The notes: generated by a model from the letters alone, not told the origin. A DNA stretch of 64,000 nt from Armatimonadota bacterium (GCA_038207085.1 JBBRAE010000005.1:1-64000); one strand, 5' to 3'. Positions 9,198 through 19,779 are shown, counted from the first letter of the stretch. Program-made: numbers and translations.

Positions 9198-9688
9198 TCT
9201 CCGTCATCGCCTGTGATATCGTACTCGGTGATCATCGACGCCTGCTGATATTCGATGTCGCTTATCTCACGAATGCGCCGTGCGTGGCGTTCGGCTCCAC
9301 TGAACTCGGTCTCAAGCCAGTTCTTGACGATGCGCCGGGCCTTGTCGTCGTCGAGAAACATCGCCCCAAGCGCGAGCACGTTCGTGTCATTGTGCATTCG
9401 GGTGGTTTTCGCGACCTCCTCATCGTGAACAAGCGCCGAGCGCACACCAGGAAACTTGTTTGCGACTATATCTACCCCAATCCCCGAGTCGCAGATCACG
9501 ATTCCGCGGTCTGCGTGGCCGCTTGACACCATCTCGACCGCAGGAGCTGTGTAGATCGGGTAGTCGTCGCCGGGTTGAAAACTCGCCGGGCCTGCGTCGA
9601 TGACCTCGTGGCCCTGCACGGTGAGATACGACTTCAGGCTCTCTTTTAGCTCAAAACCGGCGTGATCGGAGGCTATTGAAACCTTCAT
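9194..9688 (-). CDS. rpiB: ribose-5-phosphate isomerase B
   Basis: [43 protein letters not shown]. Confidence 0.95.
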   Translation of the reverse strand: MKVSIASDHAGFELKESLKSYLTVQGHEVIDAGPASFQPGDDYPIYTAPAVEMVSSGHADRGIVICDSGIGVDIVANKFPGVRSALVHDEEVAKTTRMHNDTNVLALGAMFLDDDKARRIVKNWLETEFSGAERHARRIREISDIEYQQASMITEYDITGDDGE

Positions 9689-9794
9689 TTGTTAATCTCG
9701 CTTCCCTTCTGGTAAACTGGGTAAGAAATCACGGTTGCTTGCCAGTTCATGCCATCGTGATTGGCTTGCCAACAATATTGCACGGAGGTCATTA

Positions 9795-11147
9795 ATGTCT
9801 ATTCCCTTGTCTCTCGACGTCAAATACCTTGCTCCCGAGGTCACACCGGACGAAGTCTACGCCTGGCAGAGCTTTGTCGACTTCTGCCACGAGAAACTTC
9901 ACGGCCACACCGGCGCAGGTTCGGATTTCCTCGGTTGGATGGACCCAAGCGCAATGATACCCACCGAAGAGGTGGATAGAATCGCAAAAACCGCCCAGGA
10001 GCTGCGCGCGAACTCAGATATTTTGATCGTGATCGGCATAGGCGGCTCGTATCTCGGCGCACGGGCCGTAGTCGAAGCGATCGGCGGCGCCGAGCGCTCC
10101 CGCGTGCTTTTCGCGGGCCAGAATATCTCCGCCGAGTATCACAAAGAACTCCTGGAGTGCATCGAGAACAAACGCGTCGCGATCAACATGATCTCCAAGT
10201 CCGGCACCACGACCGAGCCTGCTGTAGCGTTTCGCATCCTTCGAAGCTGGCTGGAGGAGAAAGTCGGCGCAGAGGCGGCTTCAAAGCTGATCGTCGCGAC
10301 GACCGACGCGAGCAAAGGCGCGCTCAGGCAGCTTGCGGACGAGCAGAACTACACCACCTTTGTCGTCCCCGACGACGTCGGCGGCCGCTTCTCGGTGCTC
10401 TCTGCTGTGGGGCTCCTCCCCATCGCCTACGCTGGGATCGACATCAAAAAGCTCGTCGCTGCGGCCCAGGCGTGTTCTGAAGCGTGCATGGAGACCGATC
10501 TCAAAAAGAATCCCGCCTATTTCTACGCGGTCGTCCGCAATATGCTCTACAAAAAGGGCAAGGACATCGAAGTTCTCGCAAGCTTTGAGCCGAGACTGCA
10601 CTACATCGCCGAGTGGTGGAAGCAGCTCTACGGGGAATCCGAGGCCAAGGAGAATATGGGAATCTTCCCTGCCGCGGTCGATTTCACAAGCGACCTGCAC
10701 TCGATGGGCCAGCTGATCCAGCAGGGCAAGCGCAATATGTTCGAGACCTTTGTCGAGATCACCGGCGGAGAGCCCGAGGTAGTGATCCCCAAGGACCCCG
10801 CCAACCTCGACGGCCTCAACTTCCTTGCAGGCAAGACCCTCTTTGAGGTGAACCACGAGGCGTTCCGCGCAACCGCACTCGCCCACCGCGAGGGAAACAT
10901 GCCGAACATGAGCATCAAGCTGGGTCGCCTCGACGCAGAAACAATGGGCGCAATGCTCTATTTCTTTGAGAAGGCATGTGCCATGAGTGGGTATCTACTG
11001 CATGTAAACCCGTTCAACCAGCCCGGAGTCGAGGCCTACAAGAAGCACATGTTCGCGCTTCTCGGCAAACCCGGATTCGAGAAAGAGACCAAAGAGCTGC
11101 GGGAGTTGATCTCCGGCACTGAAGGACAGGAGATCAGTTTCGACTGA
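9795..11147 (+). CDS. pgi: glucose-6-phosphate isomerase
   Basis: GIGGSYLG, ISKSGTTTEP, DDVGGRFSV, WWKQLYGESE, NPFNQPGVEAYK; ATG after GGAGG. Confidence 0.97.
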   Translation: MSIPLSLDVKYLAPEVTPDEVYAWQSFVDFCHEKLHGHTGAGSDFLGWMDPSAMIPTEEVDRIAKTAQELRANSDILIVIGIGGSYLGARAVVEAIGGAERSRVLFAGQNISAEYHKELLECIENKRVAINMISKSGTTTEPAVAFRILRSWLEEKVGAEAASKLIVATTDASKGALRQLADEQNYTTFVVPDDVGGRFSVLSAVGLLPIAYAGIDIKKLVAAAQACSEACMETDLKKNPAYFYAVVRNMLYKKGKDIEVLASFEPRLHYIAEWWKQLYGESEAKENMGIFPAAVDFTSDLHSMGQLIQQGKRNMFETFVEITGGEPEVVIPKDPANLDGLNFLAGKTLFEVNHEAFRATALAHREGNMPNMSIKLGRLDAETMGAMLYFFEKACAMSGYLLHVNPFNQPGVEAYKKHMFALLGKPGFEKETKELRELISGTEGQEISFD

Positions 11148-11423
11148 TAGATAGTGTCTGGGCGGTGGAGTAGGTTTTGCCGCCCAGATAACCCTATGCC
11201 CGCTGTATGCTGCGGCTCTGGTGAGTTCATAGACCGAATATCACCGGCATCGGGCCAGAATCTGATCGCTCGCCCGGTGGAATGGCCGAGGAAGAAGAGG
11301 GTGTAGTTGTCCACTAATTATATTAGTGCCTGTCCCCTATTATGTTGGGGCTCGTTCGGACTCCTCAATGCTGCGGAAGGAAACGAGTTGAGAAGACTCA
11401 AGAGTTGAGCAGGAGGGACCTCA

Positions 11424-12044
11424 TTGACACAGACAGATGTCTATTGCCAAAAATGTAGGACTAAAACACAAGAGGGCGCGAGCTATTGCGTGAAGTGCGG
11501 CACCCCCTTGAATAACCAGCCCTAGCAACCAATATCTGAACCACCGGCTATCACGACGCCTGTGCAGCACGCGCAGGCGTCGAATACGCCAGAGCCGAGC
11601 TGGTGGCTCCCGAAGACGGACCCGGTGAGTGGGTGGGCGATAACGGCTATCGTCTGCGGAGCACTGGTGGTTGGACTCATCATCGTAATTATACTGTCAT
11701 CGTCACCAGAGCAGGCTACACAATCACCGACTGCAGTTCCCAGTGCTCCGGCACCGGCAGTTCCCAACGTTCAAGAACAGGTTAGTGCCCCCGAGCCACC
11801 GCCTTCTCCCAGATTGATTAGTGCCTCGGGCAATATATGGATAGGCGTGAAGATCTACACCGTATCTGGCGGGTATGTGGGAACGGTAACAGGCGTGGAT
11901 AATCACTGCTACGATCCGATGACAGGTCGAACCTTTGACGGCGTCGAGATCGAGTATCCAGATGGGGCACGCGAGTGGAAAGAGAGAAGCGGGGTTCGCA
12001 GTTGGGGTTATGTCATGAGCGACGACCCTGCTATCACCAATTGA
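11424..12044 (+). pseudogene. zinc-ribbon membrane protein interrupted by an in-frame TAG at 11523-11525
   Basis: AGGAGG then TTG 11424: MTQTDVYCQKCRTKTQEGASYCVKCGTPLNNQP*QPISEPP..., same frame as ORF 11562-12044 (TM helix, Pro-rich linker, small beta domain). Confidence 0.7.
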
Positions 12045-12265
12045 GTTGATGCTAAGCGCCAATGGTGACATTCGCCTCTGCTAGAATAATAGGTGACAGT
12101 CACCAATATAGATAATGGACAACACACCGCTGCATATTAGGACTGAGAGGCTGCCCTGTGATATGCGTGTTGTGTCGCTGTTTGGCGAACAGGGAGAAGA
12201 GTAGAAAATGGTATGGTCGGTAGAGGAAGTTAGGAATCCCGCAGACTATTACCGTTCGATACATT

Positions 12266-12296
12266 TGTGAAAGCGGCGCTCGCACGCCGCACTCCG
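12266..12296. repeat. REP-like palindrome (GGAGTGCGGCG family)
   Basis: Reverse-complement match to 4909-4939. Confidence 0.75.
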
Positions 12297-12403
12297 CATC
12301 AGTCTGCAACTTCTCCTCAAAGTTTGGCCAAAGCGCATTCCAGGAATCATGTATAGATGGCGCACTGCGCCGCAGTTTTGGCATATTCGAGGAGTTGACC
12401 AGC

Positions 12404-13672
12404 ATGAGCATATCAGTTGATATTCATCAGGACAGAAAAGTTGTTGATACGGTTCGGGAGCTTGCGCTTGAGGGGTTCAAAGGCCCCGGCGGGACGGATC
12501 TTCCGAGCCGTGAGAAATATCAGTGGCTGCGGGACGTTGGGAGCGGCCTTTGGCTCGATACGGGCGACATCGAGGCCGCGCTGAAAGTCTGGTCGCCCGA
12601 GCTTTCAGCGCTTACGACCAACAACACGCTCGTCGCCCAGGTCGTCGCGACGGGGGCGATGGATGGGGTCGTGACCTACGGCGCGAGAAAGATCCGTGAG
12701 GCCCGGCCCGACATAAGCGAGCAGGACCTGGTGATCGAGCTTGCCTTTCTCGTGAACGCCAAGCTCGCACTTTCGCTTGTCGAGCGGCTCGGGGCGCATG
12801 TCAGCGTCGAGCTTCACCCCGATGTCGGCTTCGACGTCGAGCGCACGCTCATCTTCGGTCGGCGCTACTACGAGATCAACCCCAGCCACTTCTTCGTTAA
12901 GGTACCCCTTACGCCGGACGGATTTATCGCGGCGCGACTGCTTTCCTCTGAAGGCATTCCCATCAACTTCACGCTCGGATTCTCGGCTCGTCAGAACTAC
13001 CTCGCGACGCGCCTGTCCGGCCCCAGGTTCGTAAACGTGTTTCTCGGGCGCCTCAATCAGGTGGTCGACGTAAACGGACTGGGGAGGCCCGAGAACATCG
13101 GGGAGAAGGCGACGCTTGCCTCAAATGAGCTTGTGCGCGAGCTTCGGGAATCGAACCCGGAAGTCCACACGCTCCAGATAGCCGCGAGCATGCGAAGCGG
13201 CACACAGGTCGCCTCGCTTGCCGGGGTAGACGTGCTGACGATACCGCCCAAGGCAGCCGGGGAGTATCTGGAGATGGACATCGACCGCGATCAGGTGAGA
13301 AGGCGGGCCACATCCGAGCTTGTCGTTCACCTGAACACTGACCGCCCGGTCGAATCAAACGAGGTAAACCGGCTCTGGGAGGTCGACGAGGCGTTTGTAG
13401 CGTTCGCCGAGGACGCGGTCTCGCAGGCAAATGAGATGAAAGATGGCGGAGACCTCGTAAGCCTCTCAAACAAGCACGGCGTGGGTCTGTTCCACCGCTG
13501 GAGCACCGAAGACCGCCAGAAGATCCAAGAGCACGGCAAGATCCCGGACACTTCCCAGTGGCCCGGCGCGCCGTTGGACGACCTGATGTCGATCTCCGCG
13601 CTCGAAAGCTTCGCCAAAGACCAGCAGGAGCTTGATGACAGGATCAAGGGGCTGATAGCTGATAGTTCGTAA
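12404..13672 (+). CDS. tal: transaldolase family protein (long, divergent form)
   Basis: LWLDT, TTNNTL, VSVELHP, VKVP (Schiff-base Lys), INFTLGFS, VFLGRL, AASMR; lies in the PPP cluster. Confidence 0.85.
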   Translation: MSISVDIHQDRKVVDTVRELALEGFKGPGGTDLPSREKYQWLRDVGSGLWLDTGDIEAALKVWSPELSALTTNNTLVAQVVATGAMDGVVTYGARKIREARPDISEQDLVIELAFLVNAKLALSLVERLGAHVSVELHPDVGFDVERTLIFGRRYYEINPSHFFVKVPLTPDGFIAARLLSSEGIPINFTLGFSARQNYLATRLSGPRFVNVFLGRLNQVVDVNGLGRPENIGEKATLASNELVRELRESNPEVHTLQIAASMRSGTQVASLAGVDVLTIPPKAAGEYLEMDIDRDQVRRRATSELVVHLNTDRPVESNEVNRLWEVDEAFVAFAEDAVSQANEMKDGGDLVSLSNKHGVGLFHRWSTEDRQKIQEHGKIPDTSQWPGAPLDDLMSISALESFAKDQQELDDRIKGLIADSS

Positions 13673-13711
13673 GGCTTGGGATTAACTTCGAGTGTGTTGG
13701 TGGGCGTCGGC

Positions 13712-13907
13712 TCTTTGGGTGGAGCGCACGTTTCGAGAGCCTCAACGTGATTGGCTTTACATTGATCTATATTTGATAGATTGGTGGTCGCGGTACAACC
13801 TCTCACACCTCCACCCAACCCAACCCCTCACCCTGAGGCTCTCGAAGGGTGCGATGCACAAATTTCCCGACGTACTACAACAAAGGGAAGCTTATTAAAT
13901 CCCCCAA
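13712..13907. repeat. ~195-bp dispersed repeat with paired TTCGAGAGCCTCA/TGAGGCTCTCGAA palindromes, copy 1
   Basis: Near-identical to 50175-50372; diverged copy at 19531-19734. Confidence 0.92.
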
Positions 13908-13986
13908 AAACAAGCTGTGGTGTTCCGTCTGAATACCCCCCAATTTCGGGTATAACCCACGTGATCTGAAGATTAGGAGAGTTAAC

Positions 13987-15519
13987 TTGCCACTGCTGCT
14001 TGATACGAACCCTCTAAGGGAAGGCTTGCCCACCGAACGGGTCGCCGAGCCGTGCGCCGTCGTCATATTTGGCGGGACGGGGGATCTCTCCCACCGGAAG
14101 ATGATGCCCGCGCTGTTCAGCCTCTACTGCAAGGGGCTGCTCCCTGCGGGGTTTGCGATCATCGGGGTCGGGCGACGCGCGCGCTCTGAGGACGATTTCA
14201 GGGAAAGCGTGCGCGCCTCGCTTGAGATGGCACAAGTGCTCGGGCCGGGGAGCTGCGCGTGGGAGGACTTCGCAGCGGCGATCAAATACGTCGCGGCAGA
14301 TCACACTGCACCTGAGGATTATCAGGGTATCTCAGAAGCTCTCACCTGGGCCGACACCGAGCGCGGCGCGGCGGGGAACCGGCTTATCTACCTCGCCATC
14401 CCACCTGAGGGCTTCGAAGCGATCGTCCGCAATCTCCAGACCTCAGGGCTCGACCAAAGCGATGGCTGGACGCGACTCGTCGTCGAAAAGCCGTTCGGAG
14501 TTGATCTGGAGTCGGCCAAGCGGCTGAACACCGAGATTTTAAAGGTGTTTCGAGAGGACCAGGTCTACCGAATCGACCATTATCTGGGCAAAGAAACGGT
14601 GCAGAATATTCTGGTATTCAGGTTCGCCAACTCGTTTCTTGAGCCTATCTGGAACCAGCGCTACATCGACCACGTGCAGATTACCATCGCCGAGACGCTC
14701 GGGGTCGAGGAACGCGGGGACTACTACGACGCGACCGGCGCGCTTCGGGACATGGTCCAAAATCACGCGCTGCAGCTTATGTCGCTTGTCGCGATGGAAC
14801 CGCCCGCAAGCCTTGACCCAGACGACATCCGAAACGAAAAGATGAAGGTATTTCGAAACGTCCGGCGCGTAAGCGAAGACGACGTCGACCGATTCGCCGT
14901 ACGCGGACAGTACGGCTCGGGGTTCTTTATGGGCGAATGGGCAAAGGCCTACCGCGAAGAGCCCAAAGTCGCCCCAGATTCTGCGACCGAAACATTTGTC
15001 GCGCTCGAGCTCTACATCGACAACTGGCGCTGGTCGGGCGTCCCGATCTATATCAGGACCGGAAAACGCCTTTCAAGGCGAATGACTGAGATCGCGGTGC
15101 AGTTCAAAGATGTCCCCGACGTGCTCTTCCGCAAAGCCCGTCCCGAGCAGATGGAGGCAAATGTGCTCGCGATCAAGGTGCAACCCGACGAAGGGATCGT
15201 CCTCAAAGCCGAGTCAAAGGTGCCGGGGCTCGGCCTCAGGCTAAGGCCGGTGCAGATGGACTTCCGCTACGGCTCGTCGTTTGGCGCGCAGGCCCCCGAG
15301 GCCTACCAGAGGCTGCTTCTTGACGCGATACTTGGCGACGCGTCGCTTTTCTCGCGCGGGGACGCAGTTGAAGAGTGCTGGGAGATCGTAACCCCAATCT
15401 TGCGAAGTTGGCAGAGTCGACCCCCCGAGGGTTTTTCGAACTACCTGCCCGGAAGCTGGGGGCCGCGGTCGGCGCTCGATCTGATAGAGCGCGGCGGGCG
15501 GCGCTGGAGAAAACTGTGA
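13987..15519 (+). CDS. zwf: glucose-6-phosphate 1-dehydrogenase
   Basis: FGGTGDLS, VVEKPFG, RIDHYLGKE, GALRDMVQNH, RTGKRL. Confidence 0.98.
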   Translation: MPLLLDTNPLREGLPTERVAEPCAVVIFGGTGDLSHRKMMPALFSLYCKGLLPAGFAIIGVGRRARSEDDFRESVRASLEMAQVLGPGSCAWEDFAAAIKYVAADHTAPEDYQGISEALTWADTERGAAGNRLIYLAIPPEGFEAIVRNLQTSGLDQSDGWTRLVVEKPFGVDLESAKRLNTEILKVFREDQVYRIDHYLGKETVQNILVFRFANSFLEPIWNQRYIDHVQITIAETLGVEERGDYYDATGALRDMVQNHALQLMSLVAMEPPASLDPDDIRNEKMKVFRNVRRVSEDDVDRFAVRGQYGSGFFMGEWAKAYREEPKVAPDSATETFVALELYIDNWRWSGVPIYIRTGKRLSRRMTEIAVQFKDVPDVLFRKARPEQMEANVLAIKVQPDEGIVLKAESKVPGLGLRLRPVQMDFRYGSSFGAQAPEAYQRLLLDAILGDASLFSRGDAVEECWEIVTPILRSWQSRPPEGFSNYLPGSWGPRSALDLIERGGRRWRKL

Positions 15520-16559
15520 TGAACGAGAACAGACAGGTTGGTCCGATCACATTGGAGCCTACCCGCACAGACGTGCGCTCGGTCGAAAAGGAGCTCGCCG
15601 GGCTTTGGCGCAAGGCTACCGAGGGTGGGATGCCGGGGGTGTCGGCTCCGGCGACCCGGGTGCTCCTTGCCAACATCATAGTCTATGCCAGAAATAGTCA
15701 GGAGGCCGACCGGGCGTCCGATGCGCTCGTACGGATAGCCGCAAACCACCCAGCGCGAACGATCATCGCCGACGCGGAAGCAGGCGAGCCGGGACAGGAA
15801 CTGGAAGCCGACGTATCGATGATCTGCAACATCACTGAGCTTGGGCGGAGGCTCTGCGGCGAGGAAGTCCGCCTCCATGCGCACGGGCAAAGCGTGACCG
15901 CGCTTGGGACGATCCTGCCTGTAATAGAACCCGATCTGCCGGTCTATCTCTGGACTCCGGGAGAGATCACCCCGGCCGACCCCGTCTACGATCAGCTTCT
16001 TGGAATCGCCGAGCATTGGATGTTCGACTCCCGGCAGTTCCAGAACTTGCGCGCGGGGCTCGATATGGTCACCTCGCTTGCGATCAAGCGCGAGCCCGTG
16101 GTGATCGTCCACGACCTCGCCTGGTCGGCGCTCCTCCCCTGGCGCGAGAGCATCGCCCGGCTCTTTGACGCAGTGCCCGCCCGCGCGTATCTCGTCGGGG
16201 TGCGCTCGGTCGAAATCGGCTGCTCTCCAGGGCCTAGTGTTGAAGCGAAGCTGATCTCGTCGTGGCTCATCGCCCAGCTCGAATGGACGAACCCGGCGGT
16301 GCGGTTTAGCGACGCAGACTCAAGGTTAGAACACGTCACAATCGAGTGTGAGCTCGACGGGCTGCGCGGCACGTTTCGCGCGTCGCGCACGGAGGGCGGA
16401 ATCGCGATCGAGGCCGATGCGCCGGACGTGATGGGAGCCCGAAGCACTGTCGTAGTTGAAGCCGACTCCACTGCAAAGAGTCTTGGTTCGATACTCGACG
16501 CACCGGACCGCGAATGGGTATATGAACGAGCGATAGCGGCGCACAGGGCAAGCAAATGA
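15519..16559 (+). CDS. opcA: G6PDH assembly protein OpcA
   Basis: HPARTI, CGEEV, PDLPVYLW, DLAW..L.PWRE; ATG overlaps zwf stop; canonical zwf-opcA-pgl order. Confidence 0.88.
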   Translation: MNENRQVGPITLEPTRTDVRSVEKELAGLWRKATEGGMPGVSAPATRVLLANIIVYARNSQEADRASDALVRIAANHPARTIIADAEAGEPGQELEADVSMICNITELGRRLCGEEVRLHAHGQSVTALGTILPVIEPDLPVYLWTPGEITPADPVYDQLLGIAEHWMFDSRQFQNLRAGLDMVTSLAIKREPVVIVHDLAWSALLPWRESIARLFDAVPARAYLVGVRSVEIGCSPGPSVEAKLISSWLIAQLEWTNPAVRFSDADSRLEHVTIECELDGLRGTFRASRTEGGIAIEADAPDVMGARSTVVVEADSTAKSLGSILDAPDREWVYERAIAAHRASK

Positions 16560-17299
16560 CGGCAAAGACGATTGTCATGGAGACCGACGAGTTATATCAG
16601 ACGGCGGCGAAGCTTTTCGTAAGAATCGCGGCGACTTCCGCGACGAAGCGAGGCGCGTTTTGCGTCGCCCTTTCGGGAGGCTCGACCCCAAAACGGCTCT
16701 ACTCACTGCTTGCCAGCCAATATTCAGGCGCTATCCCCTGGGAAAATACCCACATATTCTTTAGCGACGAGCGCTGCGTGCCGCCCGAGGACCCCGAGAG
16801 CAACTTCGGGATGGTGCGCGACTCGCTGCTGTCACGCGTGCCGATCAGGAACGAAAACGTCCACAGAATCCAAGGCGAGCTCGACCCACTGCTTGGAGCA
16901 GAGCGCTACTCGGAGGTTATTTCACAGCTCTTCGAGCATGCGCCGGGCCAACCGCCTGCGTTTGACCTGATCTTGCTTGGGATGGGAGAGGACGGGCATA
17001 CGGCGTCGATCTTCCCCGGCTCGCCCCTGGTCCACGAGAGCGACAGGCTCGTCGCTGAGACGTTTGTGGAGAAACTCGGCGCGTACCGCATCACCCTCAA
17101 CCCATCCGTCCTCACCCACGCGCGAAACGTGGTGTTTCTAGTCACCGGCGAAGAAAAGTCAGAGGCCCTCCAACTTGCGCTGAAGGGCGAGTACGACCCC
17201 GACCGATGCCCCACCCATATCCTAAGGCAGGCCGAGGGCAAAGTCACCTGGCTTGTCGACCCGGCCGCCGCGTCGAAACTTTTCTCACGGAGTGACTAG
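16556..17299 (+). CDS. pgl: 6-phosphogluconolactonase
   Basis: ALSGGSTP, DERCVP, SNF, LLGMGEDGHTASIFP. Confidence 0.96.
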   Translation: MTAKTIVMETDELYQTAAKLFVRIAATSATKRGAFCVALSGGSTPKRLYSLLASQYSGAIPWENTHIFFSDERCVPPEDPESNFGMVRDSLLSRVPIRNENVHRIQGELDPLLGAERYSEVISQLFEHAPGQPPAFDLILLGMGEDGHTASIFPGSPLVHESDRLVAETFVEKLGAYRITLNPSVLTHARNVVFLVTGEEKSEALQLALKGEYDPDRCPTHILRQAEGKVTWLVDPAAASKLFSRSD

Positions 17300-18202
17300 C
17301 GCGCTCTTGGTGATCTTGGGGTCGCCTGTCTCCATTGGAAGCTCGGGGTGCGAGCACCACTCCGTCCACGAGCCCTCATAGAGCCGGACGTTGGGGTAGC
17401 CGAGCACGTGCTTCATCACCGCGTATTCAAGCGACGCCTCACGGCTGGTGCCGCAGTAGAGGATGATATCGTCGGTCTTTTTGACCCCGCTCTTATCGTA
17501 GACGGCCTGCATCTCCTCGACTGATTTGAACTTATGGGCGTTCTTTTCGTCCATCAGAGTGTGCCAGTCGATGTTGATCGCACCTGGGATGTGGCCGTTT
17601 CGCATCCAGGTCGCAATCTCGCCAGTATAGGCCTTGTCGGGTCGAGCGTCGATGATCGTATACTTGCTGTTTCCGACGATCCCCTTCATCTGCTCAAGGT
17701 TGACCGATATACCCTTTGACTCCTTCAAAGGGAGCTTGCCGGGCTTCACCACGGGATACTGCTGGATCGGAGTCTCTTTGGACCGATAGGCCGACCAGCC
17801 GCCGTCCACGATCATCACATTGGGGTGGCCTATGCGTTCGAGAACGTAGGCGACCATCGTCGCTCCGAGGACGTTTTGGCCGTCTGAGTAGAGCACAACA
17901 CTCTTGCCGTTCTGCACACCGGCGCGCTGCAGAAGCTCCGCCTGCTGTTTGATCGGCAGATACTGCGCCGGCAGTCCGTCCCTCGGGCCTCGCATGGTAG
18001 TGTCGGCCATATTGACAGCGCCGGGGACGTGGCCTATAAAGTAATCGTGCGGATCGATCCGCACGTCCAGAATGATTATATCGGGGTCGCTTGCGTGCTC
18101 GGTGACCCACTGGGGGGATACGATTGCAAACTGCCCGTCGGCAAACAAAAAAGCGGCTGACGCGATCAGCACAATCGCCGCAAACACTGCGAGTCTTGTC
18201 AT
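17285..18202 (-). CDS. exported two-domain rhodanese/sulfurtransferase
   Basis: Signal peptide MTRLAVFAAIVLIASAA; GHVPGA, GHIPGA, active loop YCGTSRE, LYEGSWTEW; ATG after GGAGG. Confidence 0.9.
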   Translation of the reverse strand: MTRLAVFAAIVLIASAAFLFADGQFAIVSPQWVTEHASDPDIIILDVRIDPHDYFIGHVPGAVNMADTTMRGPRDGLPAQYLPIKQQAELLQRAGVQNGKSVVLYSDGQNVLGATMVAYVLERIGHPNVMIVDGGWSAYRSKETPIQQYPVVKPGKLPLKESKGISVNLEQMKGIVGNSKYTIIDARPDKAYTGEIATWMRNGHIPGAINIDWHTLMDEKNAHKFKSVEEMQAVYDKSGVKKTDDIILYCGTSREASLEYAVMKHVLGYPNVRLYEGSWTEWCSHPELPMETGDPKITKSALVTP

Positions 18203-18330
18203 GGCTTGTCTCCTCCCGGATAATCGATCCAAATCGCCTTACCCACCCACCGCACTTGACAAGCCTCTGCTGACAGTGCTATTTTTGTCTCTGAAAGCGG
18301 CACACGTGGCCGCAGATCAAGGAGGAGTTC

Positions 18331-19449
18331 ATGCAGGAAAAAAACGAGCGACAACCGATCTTTGAGTCAAACTTTTCATCGGACGCGGCTAGCGAGGGAT
18401 GGGTATTTAACGGCGAGGAAAGCTACGAGCCGATAATTGAGGGCGGATGCTGCGGGGCCAAAAGCTTTTGCGTCAAAGGCGGCAACTGGGAAAGCCCACT
18501 TGTGTCCGTGACGCCGTTTGAATACTACAAGGTCTCGTTCTGCACCAAAGCGACAGACCCCGCGTGGTGGGCGGCCGTCTACTACGACTCCGATGGCAAC
18601 CCACTCGTCGCCGATCACTACTGGGGAATCGATGGCTCGGAGGATTGGGCGAAGACCGAGTTCTGCACCAAGGCCAGAATCAACGCAACGGGACTCATGA
18701 GCCGCTTCCAGGCCCCTGAAGCGCCTTATGCGGTAGACTGTGTAAAGGTCGAGCATATCGCCCGGCAGGAGGTCGCAGCCTGGGGAGACGCAGAGTACGC
18801 TAAACTCCCTCCCGTTAGCTACACTCCAAGAGCCGACCGCTGGTCCAAGATTCCAAAGAGCATTGAGACGATACAGAAGGGCGGCACGCTAAGAGTCGTT
18901 ATGCTCGGAGACAGCATCTGCAACGACACCGCAAACGGCCCATTTGACACGTGGATCGAGCGAATGTATCCGGGTCTCAAGCTTGAGATAGTAAACTCGG
19001 TCGAAGGTGGCAAGGGCTGCTGGTTCTACAAAGAGGAAAACCGGGTCGAGTCGCACATCCTAAAGTATAACCCGGATCTGTTGATCATCGCCGGGATCAG
19101 CCACGGCAACGACCACGAGTCCGTTCGTGAGGTCGTGCGCCAGGTGCGCGAGAAGATCGACCCCGAGATTATGCTGATGTCACCCGTGATGTCCGACGGC
19201 AACGACCCATTGAGTAACCCTGACTGGGTCTATGAGGCCGACGGCTCCGAGGACACCTTCCGGGACGGGATCTTCAACGTCGCACAAGAGGAGAACCTCG
19301 AGTTCTTCGATATCACCGGCCCCTGGGGACAGTACATCGCCGACTGCGGCAAGCCCGTAGCGTGGTTTAGGCGAGACGTTCTCCACGCCAGTATGCGAGG
19401 CGCAATCGTGCTTTCAAAAATCGTCGAGAAGTATTTTTCACCCAAATAG
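18331..19449 (+). CDS. SGNH/GDSL hydrolase with N-terminal carbohydrate-binding-like beta domain
   Basis: VMLGDSI, block II G, DVLH (D-x-x-H) motifs. Confidence 0.7.
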   Translation: MQEKNERQPIFESNFSSDAASEGWVFNGEESYEPIIEGGCCGAKSFCVKGGNWESPLVSVTPFEYYKVSFCTKATDPAWWAAVYYDSDGNPLVADHYWGIDGSEDWAKTEFCTKARINATGLMSRFQAPEAPYAVDCVKVEHIARQEVAAWGDAEYAKLPPVSYTPRADRWSKIPKSIETIQKGGTLRVVMLGDSICNDTANGPFDTWIERMYPGLKLEIVNSVEGGKGCWFYKEENRVESHILKYNPDLLIIAGISHGNDHESVREVVRQVREKIDPEIMLMSPVMSDGNDPLSNPDWVYEADGSEDTFRDGIFNVAQEENLEFFDITGPWGQYIADCGKPVAWFRRDVLHASMRGAIVLSKIVEKYFSPK

Positions 19450-19471
19450 CCAATATTGATGGTATTACGAA

Positions 19472-19508
19472 CGCAGGGGCGGACCAATGTGTCCGCCCTT
19501 TTTCTTTT
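19472..19508 (+). terminator. REP-like hairpin with T-run after the SGNH gene
   Basis: GGGGCGGAC-loop-GTCCGCCC-TTTTTCTTTT; same family as 26208-26366. Confidence 0.65.
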
Positions 19509-19530
19509 GTGTACAGTGGATGGATTGGGT

Positions 19531-19734
19531 TTGGGTGGAGCGCACGTTTCGAGAGCCTCAACGTGATGGGTTTTGGATTGATCAAATATGGGAGATGGTG
19601 GGCACTCACCCTTCGTGCTTCGAGAGCCTCAGCATGACGCTTCGCTGCTCAGGATGGCGGCATAATCTTCTCATATATCCACCCAAGCCAATACCCCTCA
19701 CCCTGAGGCTCTCGAAGGGTGCGCTACACAAATC
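19531..19734. repeat. diverged copy of the ~195-bp repeat with an extra internal palindrome
   Basis: Shares TTGGGTGGAGCGCACGTTTCGAGAGCCTCAACGTGAT and CCCCTCACCCTGAGGCTCTCGAAGGGTGCG with 13712-13907. Confidence 0.85.
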
Positions 19735-19779
19735 AAAGGGCCTACTACAGACTCCGGTAGCTAATCGCCACTCGGGCCG

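Noticed and set aside
11523..11525. Genome-wide amber recoding or pyrrolysine
   Set aside because: TAG ends conserved genes at expected lengths (hisH, hisA, aroF); no pyl genes seen
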